A stretch of DNA of 64,000 bases from an uncultured bacterium (GCA_963695435.1 OY968788.1:477456-541455), one strand, 5' to 3'; shown: positions 10,581 through 21,013, counted from the stretch's first letter. The notes: generated from the sequence alone by a model not told the origin. Numbers and translations are program-made.

Positions 10581-10886
10581 ATTTGGTGGTGACATTGACA
10601 ACTTGAACGGAGAGTAACGGAAATTGTCGCGATATCTTTGGTCTATAAGTCTATCGTCTATTAGTCCATTGTCTATTGCTCCAATTCCCGCTACTGTCCC
10701 GCGGGGCGCATAGTAAAAGTCTAGGTTCGAAAGATTCTAGGCACAAAACTAAAACAAAAAATGCCCCATACGTTTTTCTTCCTTCGGGGGGAATGCGGCG
10801 GAATGGTCTCTGGGGTTGTACCTCAAAGCCGGCCTAGGGCGCTTCATATTTTATATAAGCGACCAAAATAGGTCGGCTTTCTTTTT
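10581..10886 (+). ncRNA. Putative structured ncRNA (~300 nt)
   Basis: Promoter, several stems with GAAA and cUUCGg loops, terminal hairpin + T-run, and no ORF. Confidence 0.45.
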
Positions 10887-10915
10887 GTGTATAAGTCCTT
10901 TGTGGTAGAACTATG

Positions 10916-10947
10916 AAAAATCCCGCCAGATGTTGGGCGGGATTTTT
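10916..10947. terminator. Bidirectional intrinsic terminator
   Basis: AAAAATCCCGCC...GGCGGGATTTTT. Confidence 0.75.
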
Positions 10948-10968
10948 CGAAGTAATTTCCATGAATAT

Positions 10969-11865
10969 TTAGGAGCCGTCTGTGAGCCATAACCCATTAT
11001 GGATTACCGTGCGAGCTCCATTGATAGTTGCGACTATGATGTCATATGCCGTGTAGGTTTTAATCGGTAGATATGGCATCTCAAAGATGGCTCTACTCGA
11101 TAAAGGGGTGTAACTCATCAAGGTCGCTTGATAGACGTTATCAGTGTCATGTTCGCGGATAGAGACAGTCAGCCCAGATTGTTGGTTTGGCCAGTTTGTA
11201 CCGGTAAGAATGATTAGTCCAGTGACTTCGTAATTGCTAATAGTTGGAGATAGTGCAGAATCTTGCTTTATTTCTACTGCCGGTCTCTCTGGAACAGGCA
11301 AAGAAGGTGTCTCAATAACAGTACTTCCACCAACAGGGGCTTCGAGAACTTCCAATGCTCCCTTAAGATTAGTTGAAATACCGGGAGCACTTACGATTAG
11401 GTCGTATGTTCCAATTTGATCAGTGGTCCAGGTGGGATATTCGATGATCAGTCGATCCCCTTGTGGTCCGAAGGCTCCTGGAATATACCTTGTAATTGAG
11501 AAATTGACTCGGTCGCCGGTTTTTGAATTTTTCAAAAACATTTCCATCCCTAAACCAGAGGCCAAGAAGTCATCTGGTCGAATCTCTCCTCGGCGACTAT
11601 CTACGTAGTATGCCCAGTATGATTCTGGGAAATTTACGAGATATAGAGCCGCCTGATGGCTTACGCCTTCTCCAATAAAGGTGGTCTTTGGCACTATACT
11701 TATTGGAGTTGGTGCAATAAATGGCGGGGCGTCAGAACCAAAAACATAAGCCCAATCGCCAGATGATCCTGTTATGGCTGCTTGTGCGACATTTCCAGTT
11801 TTTGGCCAGAGAACAATCGCTAATCCAGCTAGCAGAATAACGCCTATATATACGATTTGTTTCAT
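10969..11865 (-). CDS. Secreted protein with two Ig/IPT-like repeats
   Basis: Signal peptide and two similar segments ending TYDLIVS and AYDIIVA. Confidence 0.7.
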   Translation of the reverse strand: MKQIVYIGVILLAGLAIVLWPKTGNVAQAAITGSSGDWAYVFGSDAPPFIAPTPISIVPKTTFIGEGVSHQAALYLVNFPESYWAYYVDSRRGEIRPDDFLASGLGMEMFLKNSKTGDRVNFSITRYIPGAFGPQGDRLIIEYPTWTTDQIGTYDLIVSAPGISTNLKGALEVLEAPVGGSTVIETPSLPVPERPAVEIKQDSALSPTISNYEVTGLIILTGTNWPNQQSGLTVSIREHDTDNVYQATLMSYTPLSSRAIFEMPYLPIKTYTAYDIIVATINGARTVIHNGLWLTDGS

Positions 11866-12167
11866 AATATCGCTTATTTACCAGATATAATTTTCAAGAT
11901 GCGCCATAGCTGGATGCCATAGCTTTAATCCCCCAACGACCATTTTAAGCAATAGGAATCATAGTATTGAACCATAATCCCGCCTAACGGTTGATTATAT
12001 CATAGTGAATGTTGGTCAATCTGACACCATCAAAAACAGCCCCGACAAGTCGGAGAATGACAAAAAGATGGAGTCTCCTCCATAACCCATGATTCCTAAT
12101 TCATGATTCTAGCCAGATTTTTCCCCCTCCCATAATCCATAATTCGTGATTCATGATTCTAGCCCCC

Positions 12168-12524
12168 TTACTGTGGGAGCTGATTTAGCAAATCAGTCGC
12201 AGCCTCTTTGGCGGAGGGGTCGGCATCGCGCACTTTTTCTAGCTGTTGTCTAGCTGCATCAAACCGACCCAACCCAGCCAGTACTTCAGCACGATACAAT
12301 CCAACAGTCGAATCATATTTGCCCCAAGCAATGGCTCGGTCAATCAGGTCGAGGGCTTCAGCGTACTTAGAAATGTCATCATTGTCACGACCAATTAAAA
12401 AGGCGTCTGTGGATTCAACAACCAGTTGGTTGGCTACACGGGGTCTCCACCAATAATATCCGCCGGCAGCAAGCCCGCCGACAATGATAATTAGCCCAGC
12501 TAGTCCAATTAGTTTCTTGTTCAT
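12168..12524 (-). CDS. Membrane-anchored TPR protein
   Basis: N-terminal TM and TPR-like YRAEVLAGLGRFDAARQQLEK. Confidence 0.75.
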   Translation of the reverse strand: MNKKLIGLAGLIIIVGGLAAGGYYWWRPRVANQLVVESTDAFLIGRDNDDISKYAEALDLIDRAIAWGKYDSTVGLYRAEVLAGLGRFDAARQQLEKVRDADPSAKEAATDLLNQLPQ

Positions 12525-12532
12525 AGAAAAAA

Positions 12533-12564
12533 ATGAATTATGAATAGTGAATTATGAATTATGG
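12533..12564. repeat. Heptamer tandem repeat (ATGAATT)n on the 3' flank of the four-helix-bundle gene
   Basis: atgaattatgaatagtgaattatgaattatgg. Inverted-type tracts at 12082-12160 and 12962-13015. Confidence 0.8.
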
Positions 12565-12578
12565 TTAGAAGTAACGCA

Positions 12579-12968
12579 TTACGGACGGACGAATGATTTG
12601 GAGCTTTTGATGAGACCGCTGATTAACTTGTGTACTGTGACGGCTTGATTGGCTAGTGGGTCAAACTGGGACTGGACAACATGTCCGATGTCTCGTGCAA
12701 CCAGCAGTTGATTTTGCAATTCCGTCACAGAGCCTTGAGAGATGGAGTAGAACTGGACTTTTTCCCGATACGATTGTCGACTAAATCCTTCAGCTAGATT
12801 GGAGGTAATGGATACTGCACACCGTTGCATTTGGCTGATAAGCCCATAAGTCTCGTTGGCAGGAAAGGTTTTGGTCAGGGCATAAACCATAATAACCAAC
12901 TTGTGCCCCTCTTGCCAAGCATTCAGGTCCGTAAAGCTCTTTATCCTCCTCTCCCCCTCTTGATTCAT
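12579..12968 (-). CDS. Four helix bundle protein (23S rRNA IVS/Avd-like family)
   Basis: SFTDLNAWQ, FPANETYGLISQMQRCAVSITSNLAEG and GSVTELQNQL. Confidence 0.92.
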   Translation of the reverse strand: MNQEGERRIKSFTDLNAWQEGHKLVIMVYALTKTFPANETYGLISQMQRCAVSITSNLAEGFSRQSYREKVQFYSISQGSVTELQNQLLVARDIGHVVQSQFDPLANQAVTVHKLISGLIKSSKSFVRP

Positions 12969-13013
12969 GATTCCCTCCCCTTGCCCATGATTCTTGATTC
13001 GTGATTCATGATT

Positions 13014-14213
13014 CTAGCTGACAACAACGTTCCAGAAAATTCCAGTAGGTCCAAACCACTTCACATACTCGGCTACGGGGCGGACATAGAATTTGTAGAC
13101 AGTACCAGAAACGGCAGTGGTAGGAATAGTGATTTTGAACTTGAAGGTATGGGACAAACTGGTTCCTGTGACGGAGTCTATTTGGACAATTCGGTTCGAA
13201 GTGAGCCAAGATGCGTCTTTAAGCGGAGATGCGTTATCTTGAGGCATCCAAGTGCCTAATTTGATGATGTGGGCGGCATCGGGAGTGGTGGGATACCACC
13301 ATGCTTTGCCGATGTTTTTGAGCGTTAGTTCTAAATCAACGGTAGAGCCGGCTGTACCATGAATTTCGTGGGCTGTTTTGTCTGCTGACAAAGTACCGCT
13401 TTGGCTTACCCATTGGGCGCGATAATCAAATGTCCACGGGTTTATTACTACTGGCGGAGTTGCTGGAGTAGGTTCCACCACGGGTGGGGTCACAACTGGT
13501 GACGGAACAATCGGAGCTTTCAAAGTTTTGCCTGAAATAATTATCGGGTCTCCGAGATTACCAACTACGTCTTCGGGCACTAAACGATAAAAATAAGTTG
13601 TATCTGAAGATAAACTTGTGTTTGTAAATGTTTGTGTTAGACCAGAACCCCCTACTATCTGGCCAATTGGTGTAGTGGCAGAGTTGAATGCATCCTGCGA
13701 TGTACCGCGATAAATATTCACTCGATAGAAATCATCAGCGACTGGGTTAATCCAGTATAAACCCAACGAACTACTAGTAGCAGATTTGACGCTAGCGTTG
13801 TCCACTGGCACGGGCGCGGAAAGATCATGGGGTTGAGCGGGATACCCCTGGGTGAGAACTGTGGGGGAGCTTTCGTTCCCCGCCGTATCAACGGCGGTGA
13901 GTTTGACCCAGTAGATTGTGTTATAAACAAGTTGATCGATGATGTACTCCCCTTTTTCATTGGGATGGAGTTGTGCAGAGTCGGTGACTACACGTTTACC
14001 AAAAGAAATTGGCGGATCGGCAGAGAAATAAATATTGATACCAGCCAGAGCAGAGTCGTTGGGATTCACCCAATAAATTGGTAACTGATACATACCATCC
14101 GCACGGTTGATTCTGACACTGCAAGGAGCAGTAATAGAAGCATGAACGGATGTTGGTGTGGTGAGGCTAACAATTGCACAAGCGATAATGATGGGAAAGT
14201 ATGAGAGTTTCAT
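13014..14213 (-). CDS. Secreted protein with two FN3-like domains and a C-terminal NBR1-Ig-like domain
   Basis: YWVKLTAVDTAGNES, a Pro-rich linker, then YRAQWVSQ...LKNIGKAWW...RPVAEYVKWFG. Confidence 0.8.
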   Translation of the reverse strand: MKLSYFPIIIACAIVSLTTPTSVHASITAPCSVRINRADGMYQLPIYWVNPNDSALAGINIYFSADPPISFGKRVVTDSAQLHPNEKGEYIIDQLVYNTIYWVKLTAVDTAGNESSPTVLTQGYPAQPHDLSAPVPVDNASVKSATSSSLGLYWINPVADDFYRVNIYRGTSQDAFNSATTPIGQIVGGSGLTQTFTNTSLSSDTTYFYRLVPEDVVGNLGDPIIISGKTLKAPIVPSPVVTPPVVEPTPATPPVVINPWTFDYRAQWVSQSGTLSADKTAHEIHGTAGSTVDLELTLKNIGKAWWYPTTPDAAHIIKLGTWMPQDNASPLKDASWLTSNRIVQIDSVTGTSLSHTFKFKITIPTTAVSGTVYKFYVRPVAEYVKWFGPTGIFWNVVVS

Positions 14214-14311
14214 AAGTTCATTATCTCACAATTGAAAATGCCAACGAGATATGAATCATTAGAGTATTTCCTTAGTGTATTGGAGAACTGAAATACAGTA
14301 AGTGCTTCGAT

Positions 14312-14349
14312 ATCAATACCCCGCCTTGCGTCCAAAGCGGGGTATTGAT
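14312..14349. terminator. Strong hairpin after the S-layer-like gene
   Basis: ATCAATACCCCGC...GCGGGGTATTGAT. Confidence 0.65.
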
Positions 14350-14405
14350 GTACGGTTTTGCTATTAGGAAGCCGCCAACCTTTTACACTAAAGAATTAAA
14401 TCAGA

Positions 14406-17400
14406 CTAAAGATAGCTGATACTACTCTGAAGTGTACCACCTGGACTATCTACCCAGAAGATGTAAGTAGAAGACGAATTGTCGTTCCACCATACGCTAC
14501 CGCTTGTAGCTTGAGCTCCAGCCGTGGTGGCTGCCCCCAAAACAAGCTGAGTAGTTAGAGTCTTTGTTCCAGTAATCAGAACTGATGTATCTGCTGAGAA
14601 CACAAATGTCTTGCCAGAGGCAGGAATACTAATATCCGTTGTTGGGAAGAAGTATGCCGTACCATAGCTAGTGGAAACTTGAGTCGCAGCAGTACCAGTT
14701 GAGTTACCGTAAGCTAATACATTGTCCGAGCTATCAGCCAGAGTAATTCTGGAACCAAGCAAGGAAGCAGTAGTGTTAGCAATCAAACCAGCGTTGGAGA
14801 CTAGGTTCAACGAGACGTAGTCTCTGTAGAAGACTAATCCATCGACGTTGAGTGTGTCAGCCGCAGTGTAGGCTGTGTTGGAAATAATCTTGAAGGCCGT
14901 GACTGCAGTACGCGTGGTCCAATAGGTGGCTGCGAACGGAATATTCACGAATTGCCATTGACTGTTGACACCTGGAGTGAGCTGGTAGGTGGTAGTACCA
15001 CCAGAAGCTCCTGTCAGGGTAATATCCAGCACAATGGAAGCCCGAGAAGCCCGAACCCAGAAACCTAACCCAGCATAAGTCGACAAGTCGCGTGCTGCGA
15101 ATGTCTGAGTCATACCGTTACCAGCGGCTGGAGTGGTAGCACCTTGGGTCATTGCCTGGGAACCAGTGCCATCAACATAGTTAGTGGAATCGTCAGCCAA
15201 GGTTGACCCATCGTCACCAGCGGAGACAACGGCCCAAGTACCAGCAGCCGTGCTCGCACCAGTCCAAGCAGTAGCAGCAGCATCGGCTGTGTTTACTTGG
15301 GCAGAACGAATTACAGCATCGGTAGTCGCATTGGAGTTAGTCGCATTGACTGTAAAGAACTTGTCACCTGCGCGACGAACAATGTTACTACCAGATTCGG
15401 TAGAGCTACTAAGAGCCAAGCCTAGTTTGGTTTTAACAACATATACAGCTTTGCCCTTCAAGATAGCGGTAGCGCCATCATCGTTGGCGTCGGTAATAAC
15501 AGTGCCCGAAGAAACACCAGTAGCACGAATGTTTAGCTTGTTGTTGTACGTGTTCCCTGTTGTGTACCAGATACTACCAGCCTGTTCGTTATCGGAGTCG
15601 ATACCAAGATATGGAACCTCACCAGAATCAGCTCCGTTAGTTATAGAGTTGAGAACTGCTGTTAGCGTCAGGTATTCACTCCCCCCAACAGGAATAGTTA
15701 CTGGAGTGGTAAAGATGATATTGGCTGCCGCATCAGAACCACTAACTGGCTGTAATGTACCGGTAGCGACTAATGTTCCTCCCGACAAGACATTGCCTAC
15801 CATCGTGCCACCCTTGTAGACATAGACTGTACCGGCAAAGTTGTCATCTTCGGTACCGCTTCCTTGATCGGTGACCTTGGCTCTAATGGCATCAATTACG
15901 ATGTCTTCATTGGCAGCTGCCAATTTTGCCCTAAAGAATGTAGGCGTCATTGTAGTTGTGTCATAACTGGCAGTCACCTGCTGGACAGTTGGAGTATCCG
16001 TTGCGACAGTAACTGTTAGTGTTCCGTTAGCGGACATCGTCAACAACGGAGCGTACCAGACTGTGTTGTAGGCAGTACCGTCATAGTCGTAAATTGTTGC
16101 AGCAGTACCAGAACTGACACCAGAACCCACCACGTTAGTGGCAGAGGTTGTCATACCAAAGTATGCAGTACCAGTGTCAATGATATCACCGCGAATTTCG
16201 ACAATTAGGCTTCCGCCCTTTGGAATCACCCACTCAGTTGGCTCTAAGAAATCAGAACCGGTGTAGGTGATGGAGTCTGGGGTGCCAGAAACTAGATTTT
16301 CGGTATTGGTCTTACGCCATGTACCGTTGTCGTCAAACTGCAGATAGATGTTGTTGATATCTCCGTCAATACCTGGAGTGGCTGTATCTAGAGTGTTGGC
16401 TGTGTCGGCATATATCTTCAGCGTGCTGACTTTGATGTCTTCAACGCTACTCGCAGACAAGAAGAACTTCGCCAATAAGACGTCGTTTCCATTCTTGATT
16501 ACCGTACGAGCTGCTGGAACGTCAGACTTGGCCACGGTAATAATCGGAACTGCCTTGGTAAATAGATTACCATCGCCACTGCCAGTTTCAACGATTGTTG
16601 CACTAGACGAGACACCTGTAGCAGAGATGTCATCAGCGATTGTTCCGCCACCTGGCAAGGTTGCATACAGATAAGTGTCACTGGAAGTTGTCGGAATATC
16701 TACGACGAACTTGAATGTATGCGTGGTGTTCTTGGGAATGGTGTGGTCAAAGTTGTATGAAGCAACACCAGAAGATGGGCTAGCAACTGTGCTACCCAAC
16801 TGGACCCAAGCAGTTCCATTCCAAGCATAGAGCTTGGCATTGGAAGTGGCGCCAGTGTCGGAAGCGTCTGTGTCGGTCCCTGCCGTGTTATCCTCATACA
16901 TCCTGACAATAAGTGAGGTTACCCGCATTGCTTCACTGCTGGCCTGCATTCTGAATTGGAAAATTTCCAAGTTAGTTTGGCCAAGAGCAAAGTTGGCGGC
17001 CACAGGAGTACTGGGGCCGTTTGAGACCACCAAGGCTCCATATGGATCAATCTCGTGAACATTCATCCCATCAGCGTGTACTCCCGTAAGAGTATAGCTG
17101 GTAGTTGGGACTTTGTCTCCCGAGGAAACACCATAAATGGTGAGGTTAGTGACATCAACTGCTGTCGTACCAAGACCAAACTCGAGGGTATCGGCAGTTA
17201 CAGCGGAAGTTGAAATATCAACCTTTAGCGTAACCACCGTGTTGCCGCTAACAGGTACCTCAAAGAGGCCGTTTCCGTCCTCAAAAGTAACTGTTGCGCT
17301 AGCAATGGAACCGCTAGTTGCGATTGGTGTAGCAGAATCATTGATGTACAACCGAGCGTTTTGGTAGTCGGTGGAAGACGCATCCTCGTTTTCGTCAAAG

Positions 17401-19082
17401 ATGATCTTGGTAACCTTGAGTGCTTCGGTGGAGCTAGCACTAAACTTGAATTTGCCCACCTCAACTTGTTCCTCTCCTACGATGTAGGTTTGAGTTTCAA
17501 GGTTGGTCGGATCTTCAACAACGGTCATAGCACCTTGAACAATGGTGAAAGTGCCCGCTGCGGAAGTGGCGGTAAATGGATTAGTAATGGGACCGCCTGT
17601 GGTAGCAGAAATTGTAACAATCCCGCTAGAGTTTTGTCCGTAAGCCACCACATCGGTAATATCTTCAATTTGGAAGATGATGGTTCTGGTAGATGTAACA
17701 GCGGAAGCAATGTTGCCTACAACGTAGACAACTTTGTTTTGCCCAGCTGGAACATTGAATAATGGACTACCAGTAAAGGTCACTGATCCATTAGTAAGAT
17801 TAGCGACTGTTGAACCAATTTGAACGCCAAGAATCTCGAGCTTCATGTTGGAAACATCAGAATCAACAGATGTACCAACCTCTGTGAGGGTAATCGAGTT
17901 AACGTTAAACCCTTCTGTCGAGGTTGCTTCAAATTTGAAGGCTCCCAAATCTTGATCAGTACTTCCAGATACTACATTGGCACTAGCAGGACTAGTTGGA
18001 GCGGTAACGGCTAATATACCGACAGAAACGCCGGCAATTGTGACGCCATTACCATAAGCTGGGAATGTACCCGCTACTACGCCACCACCACTTAAGGTAA
18101 TGTCGGCAGCAGATGCAACTCCCATTTGTATAATAGCTCCTACACCAGTACCACCAGAAGATGCGACCGTACCTTTGATGGTCAGTGTCTTGCTAGTCCC
18201 AGCTGGGATTAACCAAGACAGACCCGTGAAGGTGGCTTTATGGCTGGTCGTATTAATTCCTTGAGTGGAACCAATTTTGGTTGCACCATCATAAAGCTTG
18301 ATGTCGCTGATGTCGGCATCGGCAGACAAACCAGACCGTGCAATAGCAATGCTTGATATTAAAGCGTTGTTAGTTGACCCAGCGCCAAAAGTAATTTGTG
18401 CCATGGTCACATCAACCGCGCCCTTAGCAGCATTGCTGGCAGGTGGAGTGGTGCTGGCTGTAGCTACATTCAAGTCACCACCACCAACTGGAACTGATGT
18501 ACCAACAAAGAAACGGGTGAAGATGTCGGACTTATCTTTGTCCAACACTCTACCGTTCCATGCTACCTGACGAGTCCAGGCTTCGTAATCGAAGACTGGC
18601 TTGTAGTAAAGGTTGTAGGTGCCATTGGCGGCAGTGCTAGCAACTTTTACGGTGAAGGTCATGGTGATGTTGGCGTTTGGCGCCACATCAGCACCTTCGT
18701 AGTAGACCAACCGGTTGCCGTTCAAGACAAAGCTTGAAGCGTCAAGCCAAGGAGTTTGGAGATCGCCGCGAACGCCGATACCAAATGACCCGACTTGAGT
18801 TTGCTTACCAGCTGGAATTGCTCCCAAAGCTGACCGCCCCTTAATGGTTTTGCCAGAAAGGTTTTGGACAGTTACCGACAAAGTCACAGAATTGCCTTGG
18901 GTCACGCTCACATAGTGAGCAGTACCATCAGCAGTGACAGTGGCCGGAGTTTGGGAAATCCATTTGAATCTGTAAACAGGCGTCTGCGCGGCGGCTGTAG
19001 GAACGGCCAACCACCCTGCGGTGGCAATGGTCATAACCCAAGCAGTTACGCGAGTTGCCTTAGTCATTAAAGAATTTCTCAT
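14406..19082 (-). CDS. Giant Thr/Ser/Gly-rich repeat surface (S-layer-like) protein with an N-terminal NBR1-Ig-like domain
   Basis: Signal peptide followed by serial beta-sandwich repeats (GxLxV...P...F.F...E...V.S). The S-layer role is inferred. Confidence 0.8.
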   Translation of the reverse strand: MRNSLMTKATRVTAWVMTIATAGWLAVPTAAAQTPVYRFKWISQTPATVTADGTAHYVSVTQGNSVTLSVTVQNLSGKTIKGRSALGAIPAGKQTQVGSFGIGVRGDLQTPWLDASSFVLNGNRLVYYEGADVAPNANITMTFTVKVASTAANGTYNLYYKPVFDYEAWTRQVAWNGRVLDKDKSDIFTRFFVGTSVPVGGGDLNVATASTTPPASNAAKGAVDVTMAQITFGAGSTNNALISSIAIARSGLSADADISDIKLYDGATKIGSTQGINTTSHKATFTGLSWLIPAGTSKTLTIKGTVASSGGTGVGAIIQMGVASAADITLSGGGVVAGTFPAYGNGVTIAGVSVGILAVTAPTSPASANVVSGSTDQDLGAFKFEATSTEGFNVNSITLTEVGTSVDSDVSNMKLEILGVQIGSTVANLTNGSVTFTGSPLFNVPAGQNKVVYVVGNIASAVTSTRTIIFQIEDITDVVAYGQNSSGIVTISATTGGPITNPFTATSAAGTFTIVQGAMTVVEDPTNLETQTYIVGEEQVEVGKFKFSASSTEALKVTKIIFDENEDASSTDYQNARLYINDSATPIATSGSIASATVTFEDGNGLFEVPVSGNTVVTLKVDISTSAVTADTLEFGLGTTAVDVTNLTIYGVSSGDKVPTTSYTLTGVHADGMNVHEIDPYGALVVSNGPSTPVAANFALGQTNLEIFQFRMQASSEAMRVTSLIVRMYEDNTAGTDTDASDTGATSNAKLYAWNGTAWVQLGSTVASPSSGVASYNFDHTIPKNTTHTFKFVVDIPTTSSDTYLYATLPGGGTIADDISATGVSSSATIVETGSGDGNLFTKAVPIITVAKSDVPAARTVIKNGNDVLLAKFFLSASSVEDIKVSTLKIYADTANTLDTATPGIDGDINNIYLQFDDNGTWRKTNTENLVSGTPDSITYTGSDFLEPTEWVIPKGGSLIVEIRGDIIDTGTAYFGMTTSATNVVGSGVSSGTAATIYDYDGTAYNTVWYAPLLTMSANGTLTVTVATDTPTVQQVTASYDTTTMTPTFFRAKLAAANEDIVIDAIRAKVTDQGSGTEDDNFAGTVYVYKGGTMVGNVLSGGTLVATGTLQPVSGSDAAANIIFTTPVTIPVGGSEYLTLTAVLNSITNGADSGEVPYLGIDSDNEQAGSIWYTTGNTYNNKLNIRATGVSSGTVITDANDDGATAILKGKAVYVVKTKLGLALSSSTESGSNIVRRAGDKFFTVNATNSNATTDAVIRSAQVNTADAAATAWTGASTAAGTWAVVSAGDDGSTLADDSTNYVDGTGSQAMTQGATTPAAGNGMTQTFAARDLSTYAGLGFWVRASRASIVLDITLTGASGGTTTYQLTPGVNSQWQFVNIPFAATYWTTRTAVTAFKIISNTAYTAADTLNVDGLVFYRDYVSLNLVSNAGLIANTTASLLGSRITLADSSDNVLAYGNSTGTAATQVSTSYGTAYFFPTTDISIPASGKTFVFSADTSVLITGTKTLTTQLVLGAATTAGAQATSGSVWWNDNSSSTYIFWVDSPGGTLQSSISYL

Positions 19083-19137
19083 TATTTAGTTATGTGTAGA
19101 TTATTTCTATACTTATTTATTTGAATATTGTTGGGAT

Positions 19138-20130
19138 CTATCTAAGCGATGAATTTTGGTCGCCTTCGACCCAAGATAGATTGTTATCAACGGAATTGCT
19201 ATCTAAGTTATTGGCTTCCCAAATCAGCTGACCAGCAATGGTCAGTTTGGTAAGCGAGATGGTGTCGCCATTGAGAATTCCCGAAACAACAGCGCGAGTG
19301 GAACCCATATAAGAAATAAGATTGATAGTGGAGCCGACTAGGAAGTAGCGTTTTTCGCCGACCATCAAGGTTGGTTTGGCAGTGAAGCTGCCGATGGAGC
19401 CCGATAGTGTGACAAAACCGCTAGTAGGAGTGGCGACGATAGGATTGGTGTCAGCTGGTTTGTCGGTAGGCAGAATCAATTTGTCTAGCTCATCTCGCAT
19501 TGCCAGTACTGTTTTCTTCACTTCGTCGTTACTGATAGTTCCTTTGGCAATAGTGGAAAGGGCTGTCTTTTGGGATTCGATAACAGCCTTCAATTTAGTA
19601 TTCAAATCTTTGTCATTGGGCAGAGAAGAAAGGCTGGCTTGGGCACTCGCCAAAGCCTTTTTAGATTCATTCAAAGCAACCGATAATGTCCCGCTGCCAG
19701 CATTTTCTAACGCCTTGATACGATCATTTACAATATTCAACTTGAGAGTCGCCCGATTGGCTGGGTCTGTGGTCAAGGCAATCTGGACGGTCTCAAGCGC
19801 CTTGCGAACGCCGAACAATGGATCCCCCGGTTTGGCTGACTGTGCAAAAGCACCTGTAGCAAATGTAACAACAAAAATCGCTAGCACCATACCGGCTGTG
19901 GCGGGAATGCCAAAGGAAATACTCTTCGGACGGAAAAGTCTTTGGAGTGTGGAAAGTGGCATTACTAAATCCTCTGCCTCGGTCTGGGTGGCAACGGCAT
20001 CAATCAAATTGACCTGTCCCATTTTCTTAAAAAGCTGGTCGCGGATTTTCTGCCTCTGTGTAATAGATAAACGAGCATCCTTGCCTAGAATGCTTAGTTC
20101 TTTGATCAAATTGTCGTGATTAGTGGACAT
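19138..20130 (-). CDS. DUF5667 membrane protein, putative anti-sigma factor
   Basis: TM followed by SAKPGDPLFGVRKALETVQIAL. Lies downstream of an ECF sigma gene. Confidence 0.75.
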   Translation of the reverse strand: MSTNHDNLIKELSILGKDARLSITQRQKIRDQLFKKMGQVNLIDAVATQTEAEDLVMPLSTLQRLFRPKSISFGIPATAGMVLAIFVVTFATGAFAQSAKPGDPLFGVRKALETVQIALTTDPANRATLKLNIVNDRIKALENAGSGTLSVALNESKKALASAQASLSSLPNDKDLNTKLKAVIESQKTALSTIAKGTISNDEVKKTVLAMRDELDKLILPTDKPADTNPIVATPTSGFVTLSGSIGSFTAKPTLMVGEKRYFLVGSTINLISYMGSTRAVVSGILNGDTISLTKLTIAGQLIWEANNLDSNSVDNNLSWVEGDQNSSLR

Positions 20131-20190
20131 AGAGTGTAGAGAGTAGAGCGTAGAGAGTAGAGGGCAGAGATTAGAGTATAGAGAGTGGAG
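20131..20190. repeat. Heptamer tandem repeat (TAGAGNG)n
   Basis: agagtgtagagagtagagcgtagagagtagaggg. Complementary tract (CTCTATT)n at 20391-20415. Confidence 0.75.
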
Positions 20191-20316
20191 AACAGGGATA
20201 AGACAATAGTTATAAAAAATTCCGCAAATACTTTTAAGAAAATAGAGATGTTCCCCATTTTCCCAAAAGCTCTTGCGGAACCCTTAGGAGGTATTTAAAG
20301 TTGTGTTTGTTTTTTC

Positions 20317-20381
20317 TGGATTCCCGGGTCAAGCCCGAGGATGACGGAGAGAGGTGGATCCTGAATCGAGTTCGGGATGAC
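20317..20381. repeat. Two tandem CGTC-type REPs
   Basis: GGATTCCCGGGTCAAGCCCGAGGATGAC and GGATCCTGAATCGAGTTCGGGATGAC. Confidence 0.75.
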
Positions 20382-20392
20382 GAAAGAAAACT

Positions 20393-21013
20393 CTATTCTC
20401 TATTCTCTATTCTCTCGTCTCTGCTCAAGGTATCCTTGAGTTTTTTGAGGGCGCGCGAAGTAAGAGCTCGGATGTTATCCTCCTTCTTCTTCATTGCCTG
20501 CGCGACCTTTGCGATGGACAGCTGTTCCACGAACCGAAGCCGTAATACTTTTTCGTATTCTTCCGGCAAACTCTTTAGTGCGTTTTCAATTTCGCTCGCC
20601 TCGCGGTAGAGCTCTGGTCCTTCAAGGTCCGCCATTTCCGGCAAGTCCTCGAAAGAAAGTTCTGACCGCTGATTCAAGCGATAGTAATCAACGACACCGT
20701 TTCGGGCAATGGCGTAAAGCCAACTGCTGAAACCAATTCCCGTTCGTGGTTTGTATTGATGAAGTTTCTGCCAAGCTTTTAGAAAAATATCAGCGGTGAT
20801 GTCCTCGGCCACCGGAACCGATTTTACTTTGGTGTAAACGAAGCGATAAACCTTGCCAGCCCAAATGTCGTAGAGCTCGCCAAATGCTTGTTCATCGCCA
20901 CCCAAAGCTTTTGAAATCAGTTGTTGGTCGATAGGAGAAACCGACTGTTCGATTGGGGTCGAAAGTTCGTCGGCAGAAAGATCTTGTTGTGAGTCAAATT
21001 GCAGGTCAGGCAT
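20393..21013 (-). CDS. ECF sigma-70 factor
   Basis: Region 2 (AEDITADIFLKAW, FSSWLYAIARN) and region 4 (LPEEYEKVLRLRF...SIAKVA). Confidence 0.93.
   Translation of the reverse strand: MPDLQFDSQQDLSADELSTPIEQSVSPIDQQLISKALGGDEQAFGELYDIWAGKVYRFVYTKVKSVPVAEDITADIFLKAWQKLHQYKPRTGIGFSSWLYAIARNGVVDYYRLNQRSELSFEDLPEMADLEGPELYREASEIENALKSLPEEYEKVLRLRFVEQLSIAKVAQAMKKKEDNIRALTSRALKKLKDTLSRDERIENRE

Noticed and set aside
10705-10760. c-di-GMP-I riboswitch (GAAA hairpin followed by GCACAAAAC)
   Set aside because: No P3/tetraloop-receptor arm and no downstream gene.
12579-12968. Diversity-generating retroelement (Avd-like gene)
   Set aside because: No reverse transcriptase, and no TR/VR pair with adenine-specific mismatches was seen.
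15184-20119. Long antisense ORFs over the S-layer-like and DUF5667 genes
   Set aside because: Shadow frames caused by the codon bias of the real minus-strand genes.
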